Part shown: in pieces, positions 38,288-48,312 of the stretch
Position numbering within the stretch: the stretch's first letter is position 1
How the letters are laid out: each line of letters starts with the position of its first letter
Source: an archaeon
GTDB lineage: Archaea; EX4484-52; WAPT01
Assembly (NCBI GenBank): GCA_029258795.1
Contig: JAPDKB010000004.1
Span: 67,420-131,419 of the forward strand
Direction: 5' to 3'
DNA: 64,000 bases
The notes under the pieces: generated by a model
Seen by the model: only the letters and a program-made list of their open reading frames with translations
The model's database searches: none
Told to the model about the DNA's origin: nothing
Program-made: the position numbers and the translations under genes

Positions 38288-38826
38288 TGTTCGATATTTT
38301 GAAGAGGGGTAAGAGTTACTATTGTGCAAAGTGTCTCTTTGAAAAAGGAAAGCTAGTTCAGGTTCCAAAAAAAGATTATGATAAAACAGGAGTTTGGAGA
38401 TGTGAGGAGGGACACACCCTTACTGGAGATGATGTAATAGTAATGGAATCAACAGAATGGTACTGTCCAAAATGCCTCTATGAAGGAAACATGAATAATC
38501 TTAAAGTTGTTACCAATTTAAACGGTAAAATTCTTGGATACTATTGTTTCAAGCATAAAGAACTCTTTCAGCGTGGATTTACAAAAGGAGAAGCAGAGGC
38601 ATACCTAAATTCCTTAGGAGGGGGCGCACAACCATCAAAATCATTCACAACACTCCCCGTAGTATTCGATGTCCAGAACGCTCCAATGGGGCTTTTGTGG
38701 TTCATATTGTATGTAGTGGTTGGATTGTGCCTAGAAAGGTTCGCCCCAGTCAAAATGAACTTGACTTTATTATTTTTTTGCGCTGGGATAACAGCACTGA
38801 TAATGGAAGTAATAAAAATCCCCTAG
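38287..38826 (+). CDS. Double zinc-ribbon protein with C-terminal TM helices
   Basis: YYCAKC..WRCEEGH and WYCPKC..YYCFKH. Confidence 0.65.
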   Translation: MFDILKRGKSYYCAKCLFEKGKLVQVPKKDYDKTGVWRCEEGHTLTGDDVIVMESTEWYCPKCLYEGNMNNLKVVTNLNGKILGYYCFKHKELFQRGFTKGEAEAYLNSLGGGAQPSKSFTTLPVVFDVQNAPMGLLWFILYVVVGLCLERFAPVKMNLTLLFFCAGITALIMEVIKIP

Positions 38827-38889
38827 AGTACGCTAATGCAATCAAATAGGAATGGGTAAAACCGCAAACATAATGAAGGTGGATGCTGT

Positions 38890-41841
38890 ATGTTCATATA
38901 TGCGATGATTGCAATCGGACTTTCATTTTTAATCTTTTTACTGTCCGGCGGAAATCTCATAACATGGTTTATAGATATCATTGTAGTTACTATAATTCTC
39001 TTTATAGGGGCAAGCCAAATTACAGTGGGCAAAGGCGTCAATCCTTGGCGGCCACGCATAGCGGTTATTATTTTTATCATTCTTTTCTTAGGGTGGACCA
39101 TTCAAACCCGTTCTTTCGTTTCATTTATAGGTGTGACTGTGATGATACTGCTCGCATCTTCCCTCGCAGAACTTGCCGCTCGCAACAGAAAAACAGCTGC
39201 GCTCTATATCGGAGTGATTGTAATTACGGGTGCGTTTTTGATACCGATATTCACTGCTTGGCAATCAGTAGTTCAATCTAAAGCTGCTGAGTTGGGAGTT
39301 CCCGCGAGTTCAATGGATATTGGTACGAGGGCAAGTGCGGGATGGAACGCATCAATAACCTATTTTAAGGACATGTGGCTGGCCATAGCAGAGCCAGAAA
39401 AATGGTATGAGGAACATTTCGTAGAGAGGGGAAAGCGTGAACAAGGAGCAACGAACCTCGCAATAGAAATAGAAAAAGTTGAATTATCGCCTTCCGAAAG
39501 TTATACTTCAATCATAAAACAACCGGCTGGTAAATCAGTTGATGAAGAGGTCAGCATCATTTACTCTATCAGGAACAAGGGCGATAAGACCTCTTCTTGG
39601 GTGAGATTTGGAGCTATATTGGATGACATTGCATATAGTAAAGGTGCGGCACTTGCAGATTATGATGCTACGGGAAAAAGAGTGGTATACGGTAAAAGAT
39701 ATGTTAAACCATTAGGCACTACTCTTTACCCCAACCAACCAGCACGACAGTATATGACTTTACTGACGCCCTATTGTAAGGGCACGTACGAACTCAAAAC
39801 ATTCATTGAATATGAGTACAACGTCACCGGCTGGAACAACATAGAATTCATCGACTATAATTATTATCTGGATATGCTCAAAAGAGGAAAAATCACACCT
39901 GAAGATAAATTATCAACATCTTCTGCAGGTCCCTTTAAAGTCACTCTTAAAACCGACAAGTATCAACCCATTCCTGTAAAGGATGGTGTTGCCAACTTCA
40001 GACTGTTTGTTACTGTGTTGAATGAAAGGGATGGTCACGCTTTCATAAAAGCGATCTTCCTGCATCTACCCAAAGGCGAGTTTGAACTCGGAGAGAGTTG
40101 TGACTGGAAGTTTTATAAAACGGATCCGTTGGACAAGTACGACATATACGTCATAAAGGCGCCGGTTGACCTTACAACGAAGGAAGGTCAGCAAATAGCG
40201 AAGGAAGAAAGCACGGACAGGTGCATAAACCCCAATGATAAAAAAGAATTTTCCTGTGAGGTTTTATTCAAAGGTAATGTGCTTGGCCCTATAGAAAAAC
40301 CGATCAAAGTAGAAATAGTTTATATATTCAGGTATGAAAAATCGTTGAGTTTCACCGTTTCTCCCACACTGGAGAGTATGAGCTGTGACGAAGTAACCGA
40401 AGACATCATACCTAAAGAGAGAAGAAATGCAACCCTCGAGAAAGTGCTCAACAAGAGCTGTGTCTTTTACAAGGCGCTCAACAAGAAGAATAAACACTAT
40501 CTGTGCTCAGTTGAGGCAGACGCGGATAGAATAGCGGATGTTCTTTATCAAGTTGCAGAATACTGCCTCTCACAGAATTACGGTGGGGAGGACACAGTAT
40601 GTGCAACTATAAAGCTTGATCCTATCGGCACCAACTGCAAACAGAAAATAGAGATCAAGTCCGAGAACTTGAATGCAATTGAAGAGGGAAATAAGGATGG
40701 GGGAGAAAAAAAGGATGAGTTCTATCTTACAAGCATATACCTAGACGGTGGAAAACTCGAGCTTGACTCGGCACACATGTATGACATCCAATTCGAATAC
40801 AAGAAGGGGGTATGCAGTATAGGCGGTGATGTAAAAATAAGCAAAATAAAAGAGGAGGAGGAACACTATGAGTGTAATCTGGACAATGGAATGCCGTGCA
40901 ATGACAGCTCTCAATGTAGTGAGGGTATCTGCAACTCTGCATTCAAGTACATGCTCTCAAGACCAAAAGTTGAAGGATTCAGTTTCAGTTATACCACTTT
41001 CCTAAAAAATACAGAGAATTTTATTTACAATATATTACATGAACATGAAATTGAGGGTGAAGACCTTAATGTTGTAATTAAATCACTCAAAGGAGCAGAG
41101 GAAGATTATCCTAGATATTATTTGTGGTCTAATTTAGAGAAGAGTAAAGACATACCGGAAGATGTTCGAACTTTGATTCAGAATTTAAAACCATTTTTCA
41201 AATATCTAAACGACTATCCTGGTGCAGATTCTAATATTGGGGGCAAAGTATTCCCATCAGAAAAAGTATGTCAACCCTCTCACTGCACGTATGACAATGA
41301 TCCTGAGAATCCTAAGCCGTTTAATAAAGAAGCTGGATGCCAATGTGCAGCACCGTATTTCAAGTATGACTTTAAAAATGTAGAAGAGGATAGTAGAGAT
41401 GGCAGGGCATTGAAACATTTTTATAACAATGAAAAAGGATACTACTGTCTCCCATTCTGCGAACCGAACAAACCCGCCGAGCGTCCGTGTTTCTGCGTAT
41501 CCAGAGAAATTTATGATGAAAAAAATGCTGAGAATTATGAAAATATATATGATGCAATGAAAGATAGCCGGGAGATAATCCCTGACCCTGCCAAAATGAC
41601 AGATAATTGTGAATCTGAAGAAGACTATGAAAAGGTGCGTTACATATGCTGTATAGATAATAATGGTAACGGTATTGTGGTTGTTCAGACTTGTGATAAG
41701 AAACCCAAAAAGTATGAGAACGGTACTATAATGAAGGATGAAAACGGTAATACGATTTACGAATACTACTGGAGAAGCGACTACGGTGATTTTGGAGACA
41801 ACTTCGAAGCTCTGTGTAATGCGGCTATCAGTTCAGAATAA
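38890..41841 (+). CDS. Polytopic-anchored member of the two-Ig surface family with a Cys-rich C-terminal extension
   Basis: About 5 TM helices, then IRNKG..EYEYNVTG..SSAGPF..VLNERDG..FSCE; about 470-aa Cys-rich tail. Confidence 0.8.
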   Translation: MFIYAMIAIGLSFLIFLLSGGNLITWFIDIIVVTIILFIGASQITVGKGVNPWRPRIAVIIFIILFLGWTIQTRSFVSFIGVTVMILLASSLAELAARNRKTAALYIGVIVITGAFLIPIFTAWQSVVQSKAAELGVPASSMDIGTRASAGWNASITYFKDMWLAIAEPEKWYEEHFVERGKREQGATNLAIEIEKVELSPSESYTSIIKQPAGKSVDEEVSIIYSIRNKGDKTSSWVRFGAILDDIAYSKGAALADYDATGKRVVYGKRYVKPLGTTLYPNQPARQYMTLLTPYCKGTYELKTFIEYEYNVTGWNNIEFIDYNYYLDMLKRGKITPEDKLSTSSAGPFKVTLKTDKYQPIPVKDGVANFRLFVTVLNERDGHAFIKAIFLHLPKGEFELGESCDWKFYKTDPLDKYDIYVIKAPVDLTTKEGQQIAKEESTDRCINPNDKKEFSCEVLFKGNVLGPIEKPIKVEIVYIFRYEKSLSFTVSPTLESMSCDEVTEDIIPKERRNATLEKVLNKSCVFYKALNKKNKHYLCSVEADADRIADVLYQVAEYCLSQNYGGEDTVCATIKLDPIGTNCKQKIEIKSENLNAIEEGNKDGGEKKDEFYLTSIYLDGGKLELDSAHMYDIQFEYKKGVCSIGGDVKISKIKEEEEHYECNLDNGMPCNDSSQCSEGICNSAFKYMLSRPKVEGFSFSYTTFLKNTENFIYNILHEHEIEGEDLNVVIKSLKGAEEDYPRYYLWSNLEKSKDIPEDVRTLIQNLKPFFKYLNDYPGADSNIGGKVFPSEKVCQPSHCTYDNDPENPKPFNKEAGCQCAAPYFKYDFKNVEEDSRDGRALKHFYNNEKGYYCLPFCEPNKPAERPCFCVSREIYDEKNAENYENIYDAMKDSREIIPDPAKMTDNCESEEDYEKVRYICCIDNNGNGIVVVQTCDKKPKKYENGTIMKDENGNTIYEYYWRSDYGDFGDNFEALCNAAISSE

Positions 41842-41856
41842 TAAATTTATTGAGCT

Positions 41857-42696
41857 CTAACCTTTCCCAAATACACCCACTGCAAGCGTGTTTCTCGTTC
41901 CGATCCCCACACCCAGAATAATTATCAGAAGCTTTACAAATCGCGCTTCAGTCTCGTTTTCAGCGTATTTATCTATCAGCCATAACGCAACCGGCACAAC
42001 CAGCAACTTCATCAGGATCATGGCCCACGCCGCAGAGCCATTTATTAACAACACTCTCTTGGATTCAAGCAACTCAATTAGATACCTTCCAAGTACGTGT
42101 TTTTCCCAGAATCCATAAAATGTTATTCCAACAAAACTTCCGCATGCGTCCAGTAGTTGCGATTGAATTGCAAAGAAATTCCATTTATCACTCAGAAATC
42201 TGAGTTTAAAAGATGTTATGAACAGTATTATGCCGAATGCGGTCCATAAACCCAGAACGAAAAGCAAACCTTTAATGTTTTTAATTTCCAAAAAACTCAA
42301 ACAAAGAAACACGAGTGCCCACCCACTAAACAACAAAGCTCTGTTATCATCTTTTATTAATTTCTTCTCTCTTGCTTCTCTAAAAAGGCATATTGCGATC
42401 AAAACCACAAAAAAAAGGAAAATGTAGATGAAGGGCGTCACAAAAATCAGGGAATTAAGCACCCCTGCATCTTTCATCACCCTTAGCACGCCTCCAAGCA
42501 CCATCCATCCGGAGAGAGAAAGCGCAAATTGGTCGGTGAGCTTTATCCTCTCTTTACTAAAAAGTTCTCTGTAGATGATGTATACCGCCAATAAGAATAT
42601 AACCGCATACAAAAAAGTGTTGACCAAATTGTACCCAGTATCCTTATAAAGCGGTTGCACGACATAATAGTTAAAGATATATTTGATATCGACCAT
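41857..42696 (-). CDS. DUF63-family membrane protein
   Basis: GYNLVNT..YA, QLLDA, EKHVL, LG...GTRN; start at ATG 42696. Confidence 0.85.
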   Translation of the reverse strand: MVDIKYIFNYYVVQPLYKDTGYNLVNTFLYAVIFLLAVYIIYRELFSKERIKLTDQFALSLSGWMVLGGVLRVMKDAGVLNSLIFVTPFIYIFLFFVVLIAICLFREAREKKLIKDDNRALLFSGWALVFLCLSFLEIKNIKGLLFVLGLWTAFGIILFITSFKLRFLSDKWNFFAIQSQLLDACGSFVGITFYGFWEKHVLGRYLIELLESKRVLLINGSAAWAMILMKLLVVPVALWLIDKYAENETEARFVKLLIIILGVGIGTRNTLAVGVFGKG

Positions 42697-42706
42697 AACA
42701 AGCCTT

Positions 42707-43723
42707 ATGCGTAAAAACATTTTTATTTGTCTTGCGGTTTTGATGGTAGTTCTTAATCTGCAATGCACGGGCATCATAACTCCAGGAGGTGGTTCTGAGA
42801 GAACAAGTGTCAAGGAGACGGAATTACTTAGAATAAATTATCTGGAGATTGCACCCTCGGAGGTAGTTCACCCGGGAGAAAAGATTTTTGTTAGAATGGA
42901 GGTGGAGAACATCGGTCAGAAAGATGTGGATGTCTTTATAAACACCTCCAGCTGTGATCAGACTCCTGAAGGCGGCAAACTCCTGCTTTATAGTATATGT
43001 GAGCCGCTTTATGTTGTTGATGAGTTCCGTATACTATCAACTGGAGGTGAGGAAACCACAGTAAGTGCGGACCTAAACTATGATGGAACTCCCGAAAAGA
43101 TTTGTGCACTCAAGCTAAAGCCGGACGAAACAGCAATCTTTTTCTGGAAAATTTCCGCTCCCACAAAAGAAGAATTGTTTGGAATGACCCATGAATGCAA
43201 TTTTAAGTTCAGAGTGATGTACAAATCTCAAGCACAAACCACCGCTTACATTTATTTCGCGTCATATGATGAAATAGTACAGAGAATGTACACTCAAGAG
43301 GACCTCAAAGAGGCAGGGAATAATATAGCTACCTCTGGACCGGTCGTTGTCATGGTCACTGCTGAAGACCAACCTTATCCTGCAGATGGTACTTTTACAC
43401 TGCCCGTCCACATCGAAAATAGAGGAAATGGTATCGTGGACGTTCTAGATCTAAGCATAAACTACCCACAAAACTTTGAACTCATTCCAAATCGATGTGA
43501 ACTTTTTGAACCTTCTGGCGGTTCCACAATAAGTTTGAGCTCTGCTCGTGTTGCAAGAGAAATGCTCCAGATATATGGAGGGAAGTCCTCTCAATTTCAT
43601 TGTGAGTTCAAGGCACCTCCAGTGAGCATGCTCACACCGTTCAGATTTGATGTAACCGCCACATACCTATACTCAATTTTTGAAGAAAAGAAGGTGAGAG
43701 TGGTACCATACGAGAGAGATTGA
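42707..43723 (+). CDS. Two-Ig-domain putative lipoprotein, paralog 1
   Basis: Signal ending in LQC-TG; VENIG, FRVMY, TSGPV, IENRGNG, FHCEF, ATYLY. Confidence 0.8.
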   Translation: MRKNIFICLAVLMVVLNLQCTGIITPGGGSERTSVKETELLRINYLEIAPSEVVHPGEKIFVRMEVENIGQKDVDVFINTSSCDQTPEGGKLLLYSICEPLYVVDEFRILSTGGEETTVSADLNYDGTPEKICALKLKPDETAIFFWKISAPTKEELFGMTHECNFKFRVMYKSQAQTTAYIYFASYDEIVQRMYTQEDLKEAGNNIATSGPVVVMVTAEDQPYPADGTFTLPVHIENRGNGIVDVLDLSINYPQNFELIPNRCELFEPSGGSTISLSSARVAREMLQIYGGKSSQFHCEFKAPPVSMLTPFRFDVTATYLYSIFEEKKVRVVPYERD

Positions 43724-43827
43724 AGCCAAATGTTGGTTTCAACAACTAAATAAAAATTACACCTATACGTAACATTTAAATACAGTGACACACCAAATTA
43801 ACTTTGAATAAACCTGAGGTGAGGGAA

Positions 43828-44781
43828 ATGAAAACAACACCCATTTATATATTACTTGCGTTATCCCTTGTTGTTTTTACTTCCGGATGTGTCGGTGGCG
43901 GTGAAAATCAAGTTTATTCAATGACCGATGGTGCTGTCATAAGGGATTTCTCTTTTGATGTAAACCAAATCTATGATGATGAGCCCGTCACCCTTTCACT
44001 GACCATCGAGAACGTTGGTGCAAAAAAAATTCCAGGTAATACTGTGGTATATATATATCATCAACCATTAACCGATTCGGAAGATAAGAGAGGTAAACAA
44101 TGGTATGTGTCCAATTCGGGAGGATTCAAAGTTAACGACGAGGAGGATTACATGACATTATCTCTTAAAAACGACGAATTTTTACCCCCAAGTTCTGAGA
44201 TGAACATCCCTGGCACATCCAGAGTGTTTTATATAGATTTGGAACCACCAAACATACCTGATGGTATGTCTAATTCTTATCCTTTTATCGCGAGGCTCTG
44301 CTACCCATATTATACTACCGCACTTGCTAAAATTATAGTTGTGTCTGAAAACGAGCTTAGGTATGAAGGACCACCCAAAACCGATGCTGTCACCAGAAAT
44401 TCTGCGGGACCCATCCATATCTCTATGGTGGGGTCGCCAACCCTTAGACCCTCAGCGAATCAACTACCTCTCGTCTTCAAGGTCAAAAACGTGGGTGGAG
44501 GATTTCCAACATTACAGAGTTATCCGTGCACGGTGGATCCAGAACTGCGTCAGAGAGATAAAGTGATGGTTAACGTGACGGTGGACGGAAGCCCCGCTGA
44601 TTGTGGTGACGGAATAGTAAGGTTGAGAAATGGTGAAGGAGAGATTCGATGTATATATAGATTCCCAGCAGGTGCGCCATCCACGGAACATGACGTCACT
44701 GCAACAGTGACATATAATTATTATGTTACCGCTATGACTGAAATAGAAGTGATGGATTCAATCTCAGACTCTGATTACTAA
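43828..44781 (+). CDS. Two-Ig-domain putative lipoprotein, paralog 2
   Basis: TSGC lipobox; IENVG, ARLCYPYYT, SAGPI, VKNVGGG, IRC, VTYNY. Confidence 0.85.
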   Translation: MKTTPIYILLALSLVVFTSGCVGGGENQVYSMTDGAVIRDFSFDVNQIYDDEPVTLSLTIENVGAKKIPGNTVVYIYHQPLTDSEDKRGKQWYVSNSGGFKVNDEEDYMTLSLKNDEFLPPSSEMNIPGTSRVFYIDLEPPNIPDGMSNSYPFIARLCYPYYTTALAKIIVVSENELRYEGPPKTDAVTRNSAGPIHISMVGSPTLRPSANQLPLVFKVKNVGGGFPTLQSYPCTVDPELRQRDKVMVNVTVDGSPADCGDGIVRLRNGEGEIRCIYRFPAGAPSTEHDVTATVTYNYYVTAMTEIEVMDSISDSDY

Positions 44782-44817
44782 GCTAATACAATGCCTTAGC
44801 TCTCAAGGTGATGCATC

Positions 44818-45705
44818 TTGAAGAAAAAAATGTTATTTCTTGTTTTATTTTTGATAGTCGTCGTTTCGGAATGTACGGGTGGTGGTAACAACTCTTGGGG
44901 AGGAGGAATTGTAGGAAGTAAAAGTTATAATGGTGGTGTGGTCGTAAACTCCTTTAGAATACTTCCAGATAAGGTTTTCAAAAACGAAAAGTTTGATATA
45001 ATGCTAGAACTTGAGAATGTTGGCGCTTCCAATGCTAATGGGAAGGTGTACATCTTTGGTCCTTTATGGCTGGAAACGATTGAGGAGGAATTTACTCTTC
45101 AAGGTGCAGACCCATTGAACGGAATCCCTGGTGGGAGGAAAACGATTGTTAAGACAGGAATAACCGCAGATGCCAACATACCTCCAAGAACAGCACAGGA
45201 CTATTATGTAAGAGCTAGGATCTGCTACACCTACGAAACCACATACCTTGCTACAATCACCTCAACTTCCAAAAACGAATTCATAATAACCAATAAAGGA
45301 GTGGAGCAAACGTCATCACAACAACTTGGCGGTCCGATCTCAATAAAAATTGAAGCATTGCCCACATACGCAAATGATAAACTAACTGTCGTGTTCAAAC
45401 TGGCGAATGTGGGGGGCGGGTTCCCGGCTAAAGGTGGGTGCACTTTATCTCCATCATTCAATGATATGTATGTAGTATCTGAATTCAAGGTAACTTCGGA
45501 TGCAGGAACAGTTAAATGTGAGGGTAATGGAAACACTGTTCATGACATATCCCTTTCCCATTCCAATACCGAAGGGTATGTGCGATGTGAGATAAGCGAC
45601 ATTCCGACGAATGTGCCAAACGTGCAAATAACACTTCAGGCGGTAGCACGCTATACCTACTACTCAACTAGAATCACAACCTTGACCGTTATCGGTGGTT
45701 CATGA
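44818..45705 (+). CDS. Two-Ig-domain putative lipoprotein, paralog 3
   Basis: VSEC-TG; LENVG, ARICYTYET, GGPI, LANVGGG, VRC, ARYTY. Confidence 0.85.
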   Translation: MKKKMLFLVLFLIVVVSECTGGGNNSWGGGIVGSKSYNGGVVVNSFRILPDKVFKNEKFDIMLELENVGASNANGKVYIFGPLWLETIEEEFTLQGADPLNGIPGGRKTIVKTGITADANIPPRTAQDYYVRARICYTYETTYLATITSTSKNEFIITNKGVEQTSSQQLGGPISIKIEALPTYANDKLTVVFKLANVGGGFPAKGGCTLSPSFNDMYVVSEFKVTSDAGTVKCEGNGNTVHDISLSHSNTEGYVRCEISDIPTNVPNVQITLQAVARYTYYSTRITTLTVIGGS

Positions 45706-46586
45706 TGCGCGTTCTATATTTTATCGTTGCTTTTATCATCCTTCTTTCTGGATGTGTTGGACCCGAAGGTACACCACCAATAAGCACTCAAATGAGTAGT
45801 GGCACGGCGGGGGTTGTAGTGGAGAAGTTCATGGCGGTCCCGAATGAAATCTATGATGATCAGAAAGCTGTGCTCCTGATAAAGTTGAAAAATAGCGGCG
45901 AGTCTGATGCAACTAACGGCTATATCAAAATATATGGGTATGATCCTAACGAGATGGAAGTGCAGCCATCGGAAGAATATTTTACTCTTGAGGGTGCAGA
46001 TAGAGCGCTAGGGTTGGGAGGTAAGGAAATCTCCAAATCGTTTAGCTTAACAGTTAAAAAACCCCTTCCATACAAGCAAACTTTCTCCTATCCTATATTT
46101 GCAAGAATATGTTATACTTATACAACACACGCATTCGGTAAAGTGGAGATTATTAGTGAGGATGAATATCTCAGAAGAGCCATGAATAATGAAATAAGTC
46201 AGCACCCAATTCAGGTAGAAAATACCAATGCTCCAGTAATGGTGTATGTTGAACAAACGCATCCAATTGTAGCGTCTTCCAAAGAATTGGTGTTCAAGCT
46301 TCGAATAGAGAACATCGGGCCGGGATATGTTGGTCCATGTTCGGCTGCTTTCGAAGAACGTAACAGAATTACTGAAGTGACTGTTAGCCTCGGAGGTGTG
46401 ACCTGCACTAGCCAGAAGGGGGTTTATCTTGAGAGGGGCAAATCCGAAGAAATCGTGGTTTCCTGCGGTATTCCCAGTTCATCGGTTCCAGTGGGGACAA
46501 GTGATCTTAGAATAGACCTTACATACCCCTATTATCAGGATGTGGAAACTGTGTTGACGGTGGAGGGAAGAGGAGAAGGTGGTTGA
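45702..46586 (+). CDS. Two-Ig-domain putative lipoprotein, paralog 4
   Basis: LSGC lipobox; LKNSG, ARICYTYTT, NAPV, IENIGPG, VSC, LTYPY. Confidence 0.85.
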   Translation: MMRVLYFIVAFIILLSGCVGPEGTPPISTQMSSGTAGVVVEKFMAVPNEIYDDQKAVLLIKLKNSGESDATNGYIKIYGYDPNEMEVQPSEEYFTLEGADRALGLGGKEISKSFSLTVKKPLPYKQTFSYPIFARICYTYTTHAFGKVEIISEDEYLRRAMNNEISQHPIQVENTNAPVMVYVEQTHPIVASSKELVFKLRIENIGPGYVGPCSAAFEERNRITEVTVSLGGVTCTSQKGVYLERGKSEEIVVSCGIPSSSVPVGTSDLRIDLTYPYYQDVETVLTVEGRGEGG

Positions 46587-46987
46587 GGAACGTCAACAGG
46601 TGTTCCGGTAACTCCACCATCGGAACCCTCTAGTAAAACAAATAAGATTTCTACCTCGGTTTCCGATATCTCGTGTTCACGAAGGGAAACATCGTATGAT
46701 GGAGTGGTTTGTGATTGCAGCTTTAAAGTATCCGTTAATTTTAAACCAAACACAGAAATAGACATCAACTATCAATCCAAAGAAAGTGGGGGAGTACCGT
46801 GGAAGAACTGTGTGAAACTGACTCAAGCGGCAAATGCTATAAAGTGGTAACACAACATCTCTATCCTGGAAACACCTACATATTCACTTCAGCCGTTTGG
46901 GATGGAGTACACTATTACGGAGATTGTTACGAGGTTTATGATACAGGCACAACTTGTTCAATTAAATACTATGGAACATGCCACTAG
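46587..46987 (+). pseudogene. Silenced C-terminal extension of paralog 4 (after TGA; G5 frameshift at 46788-46792)
   Basis: Frame stays open after the TGA (GTSTGVPVTPPSEPSS linker, Cys domain); one extra G joins it to ORF 46799-46987. Confidence 0.65.
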
Positions 46988-47028
46988 GATAGTATAATTT
47001 TTTAATATCATGCAAGATATTCTCTAAC

Positions 47029-48312
47029 ATGCGCATCTTTGCCGACCTCCACCTCCATTCAAAGTACAGCAGGGGCACGAGCAAAGACATGAATATAGAG
47101 AACTTGGAGAAGTATGCTCGTGTCAAAGGACTGAACTTGCTCGGCACGGCAGATTTCACCCATCCCATCTGGTTCAAGGAATTGAAGGAGAAGCTTGAGG
47201 AGGATGGCACGGGCATTCTAAGAACAAAATCCGGCTTTCCCTTTGTTCTGCAGACAGAAGTTAACAACGTTTTTGAAAAGGATGGGAAAAGGAGAGCAAT
47301 TCACAACCTCATATTTGCGCCTGACTTTGAGACGGTTGAGCAGATAAATGATGTCCTTTCCAAACACGGTGACTTGGTTCAAGATGGAAGACCCACGCTT
47401 AACCTGAGCTGTGCAGAAATGGTGGAACTCTTGAAAAGCATAAACCACAACATCCATGTTGTTCCAGCCCACGCCTGGACTCCGTGGTTTGGTGTGTTCG
47501 GCTCGAAATCCGGCTTTAACAGCTTGGAGGATGCGTTTGAGGATAAAGCCAAAGAGATATTCGCGATAGAAACTGGGCTGAGCAGCGATCCAGCCATGAA
47601 CTGGCGCGTTTCAAAGCTTGACCGCATAACTCTAATCTCAAACAGCGACAGCCACTCCTTCTGGCCGTGGAGAATAGGGAGGGAGTGTAATGTTTTTGAG
47701 CTTGTTCAGCTAACCTACGATAACCTCTTCAAAGCCATAAAAACAAGAGAGGGATTTCTCTTCACCATCGAGTTTCATCCGGAGGAGGGCAAGTATCATT
47801 ACGACGGCCACAGAAAATGCGGGGTGGTGATGCATCCAAAGCAGGCCATTGCGAGAAATAATCTCTGTCCTGTTTGCCGTAAAACTCTGACAGTAGGGGT
47901 TCTTCACAGAGTTGAGGAGCTGGCTGATAGGGAGGAAGGTTACAAGCCAGACAATGCCGTTGATTTTGTTAAACTTGTGCCACTGGCAGAGCTGATAGCT
48001 CTCCATTACAACACAACGGTGAACACAAGAAAAGTCCTGTCAAAATATTTTGAGATGGTGAAAGCTTTTGGAAACGAGTTCAACATCCTGCTTTATGTTT
48101 CAAAAGAGGAGCTCGAGAAAGTGGTTAACGATGCAAAGCTGGTTGAGCTGATCTTGAGGAACAGAGAACAGAGTATACGTGTCCTGCCGGGATACGATGG
48201 CGTCTATGGTAAGGTTGTGCTGGAAGAATTTAGCGACGAATCTGAGGAAAATAATAGAAAGGAGAAAGCAAAAGAAATCAAAAAAGGACAGAGTTCGCTG
48301 TTTGACTTTTAG
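47029..48312 (+). CDS. Endonuclease Q family protein (PHP domain plus zinc finger)
   Basis: ADLHLHSKYS, GTADFTHP, PAHAWTPW, ETGLSSD, SNSDSHS, GKYH, CPVC, PGYDGVYG. Confidence 0.93.
   Translation: MRIFADLHLHSKYSRGTSKDMNIENLEKYARVKGLNLLGTADFTHPIWFKELKEKLEEDGTGILRTKSGFPFVLQTEVNNVFEKDGKRRAIHNLIFAPDFETVEQINDVLSKHGDLVQDGRPTLNLSCAEMVELLKSINHNIHVVPAHAWTPWFGVFGSKSGFNSLEDAFEDKAKEIFAIETGLSSDPAMNWRVSKLDRITLISNSDSHSFWPWRIGRECNVFELVQLTYDNLFKAIKTREGFLFTIEFHPEEGKYHYDGHRKCGVVMHPKQAIARNNLCPVCRKTLTVGVLHRVEELADREEGYKPDNAVDFVKLVPLAELIALHYNTTVNTRKVLSKYFEMVKAFGNEFNILLYVSKEELEKVVNDAKLVELILRNREQSIRVLPGYDGVYGKVVLEEFSDESEENNRKEKAKEIKKGQSSLFDF

Noticed and set aside
46584-46586. Genome-wide UGA-to-Gly/Trp recoding or selenocysteine, suggested by in-frame TGAs at 46584 and 18948
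   Set aside because: TGA is the normal stop of conserved genes here (e.g. trxB, the Pth2 fusion, acdA), and neither context is a Cys-type catalytic site.
42707-46987. Diversity-generating retroelement acting on the paralog array
   Set aside because: No reverse transcriptase, and no near-identical template/variable repeat pair was seen.
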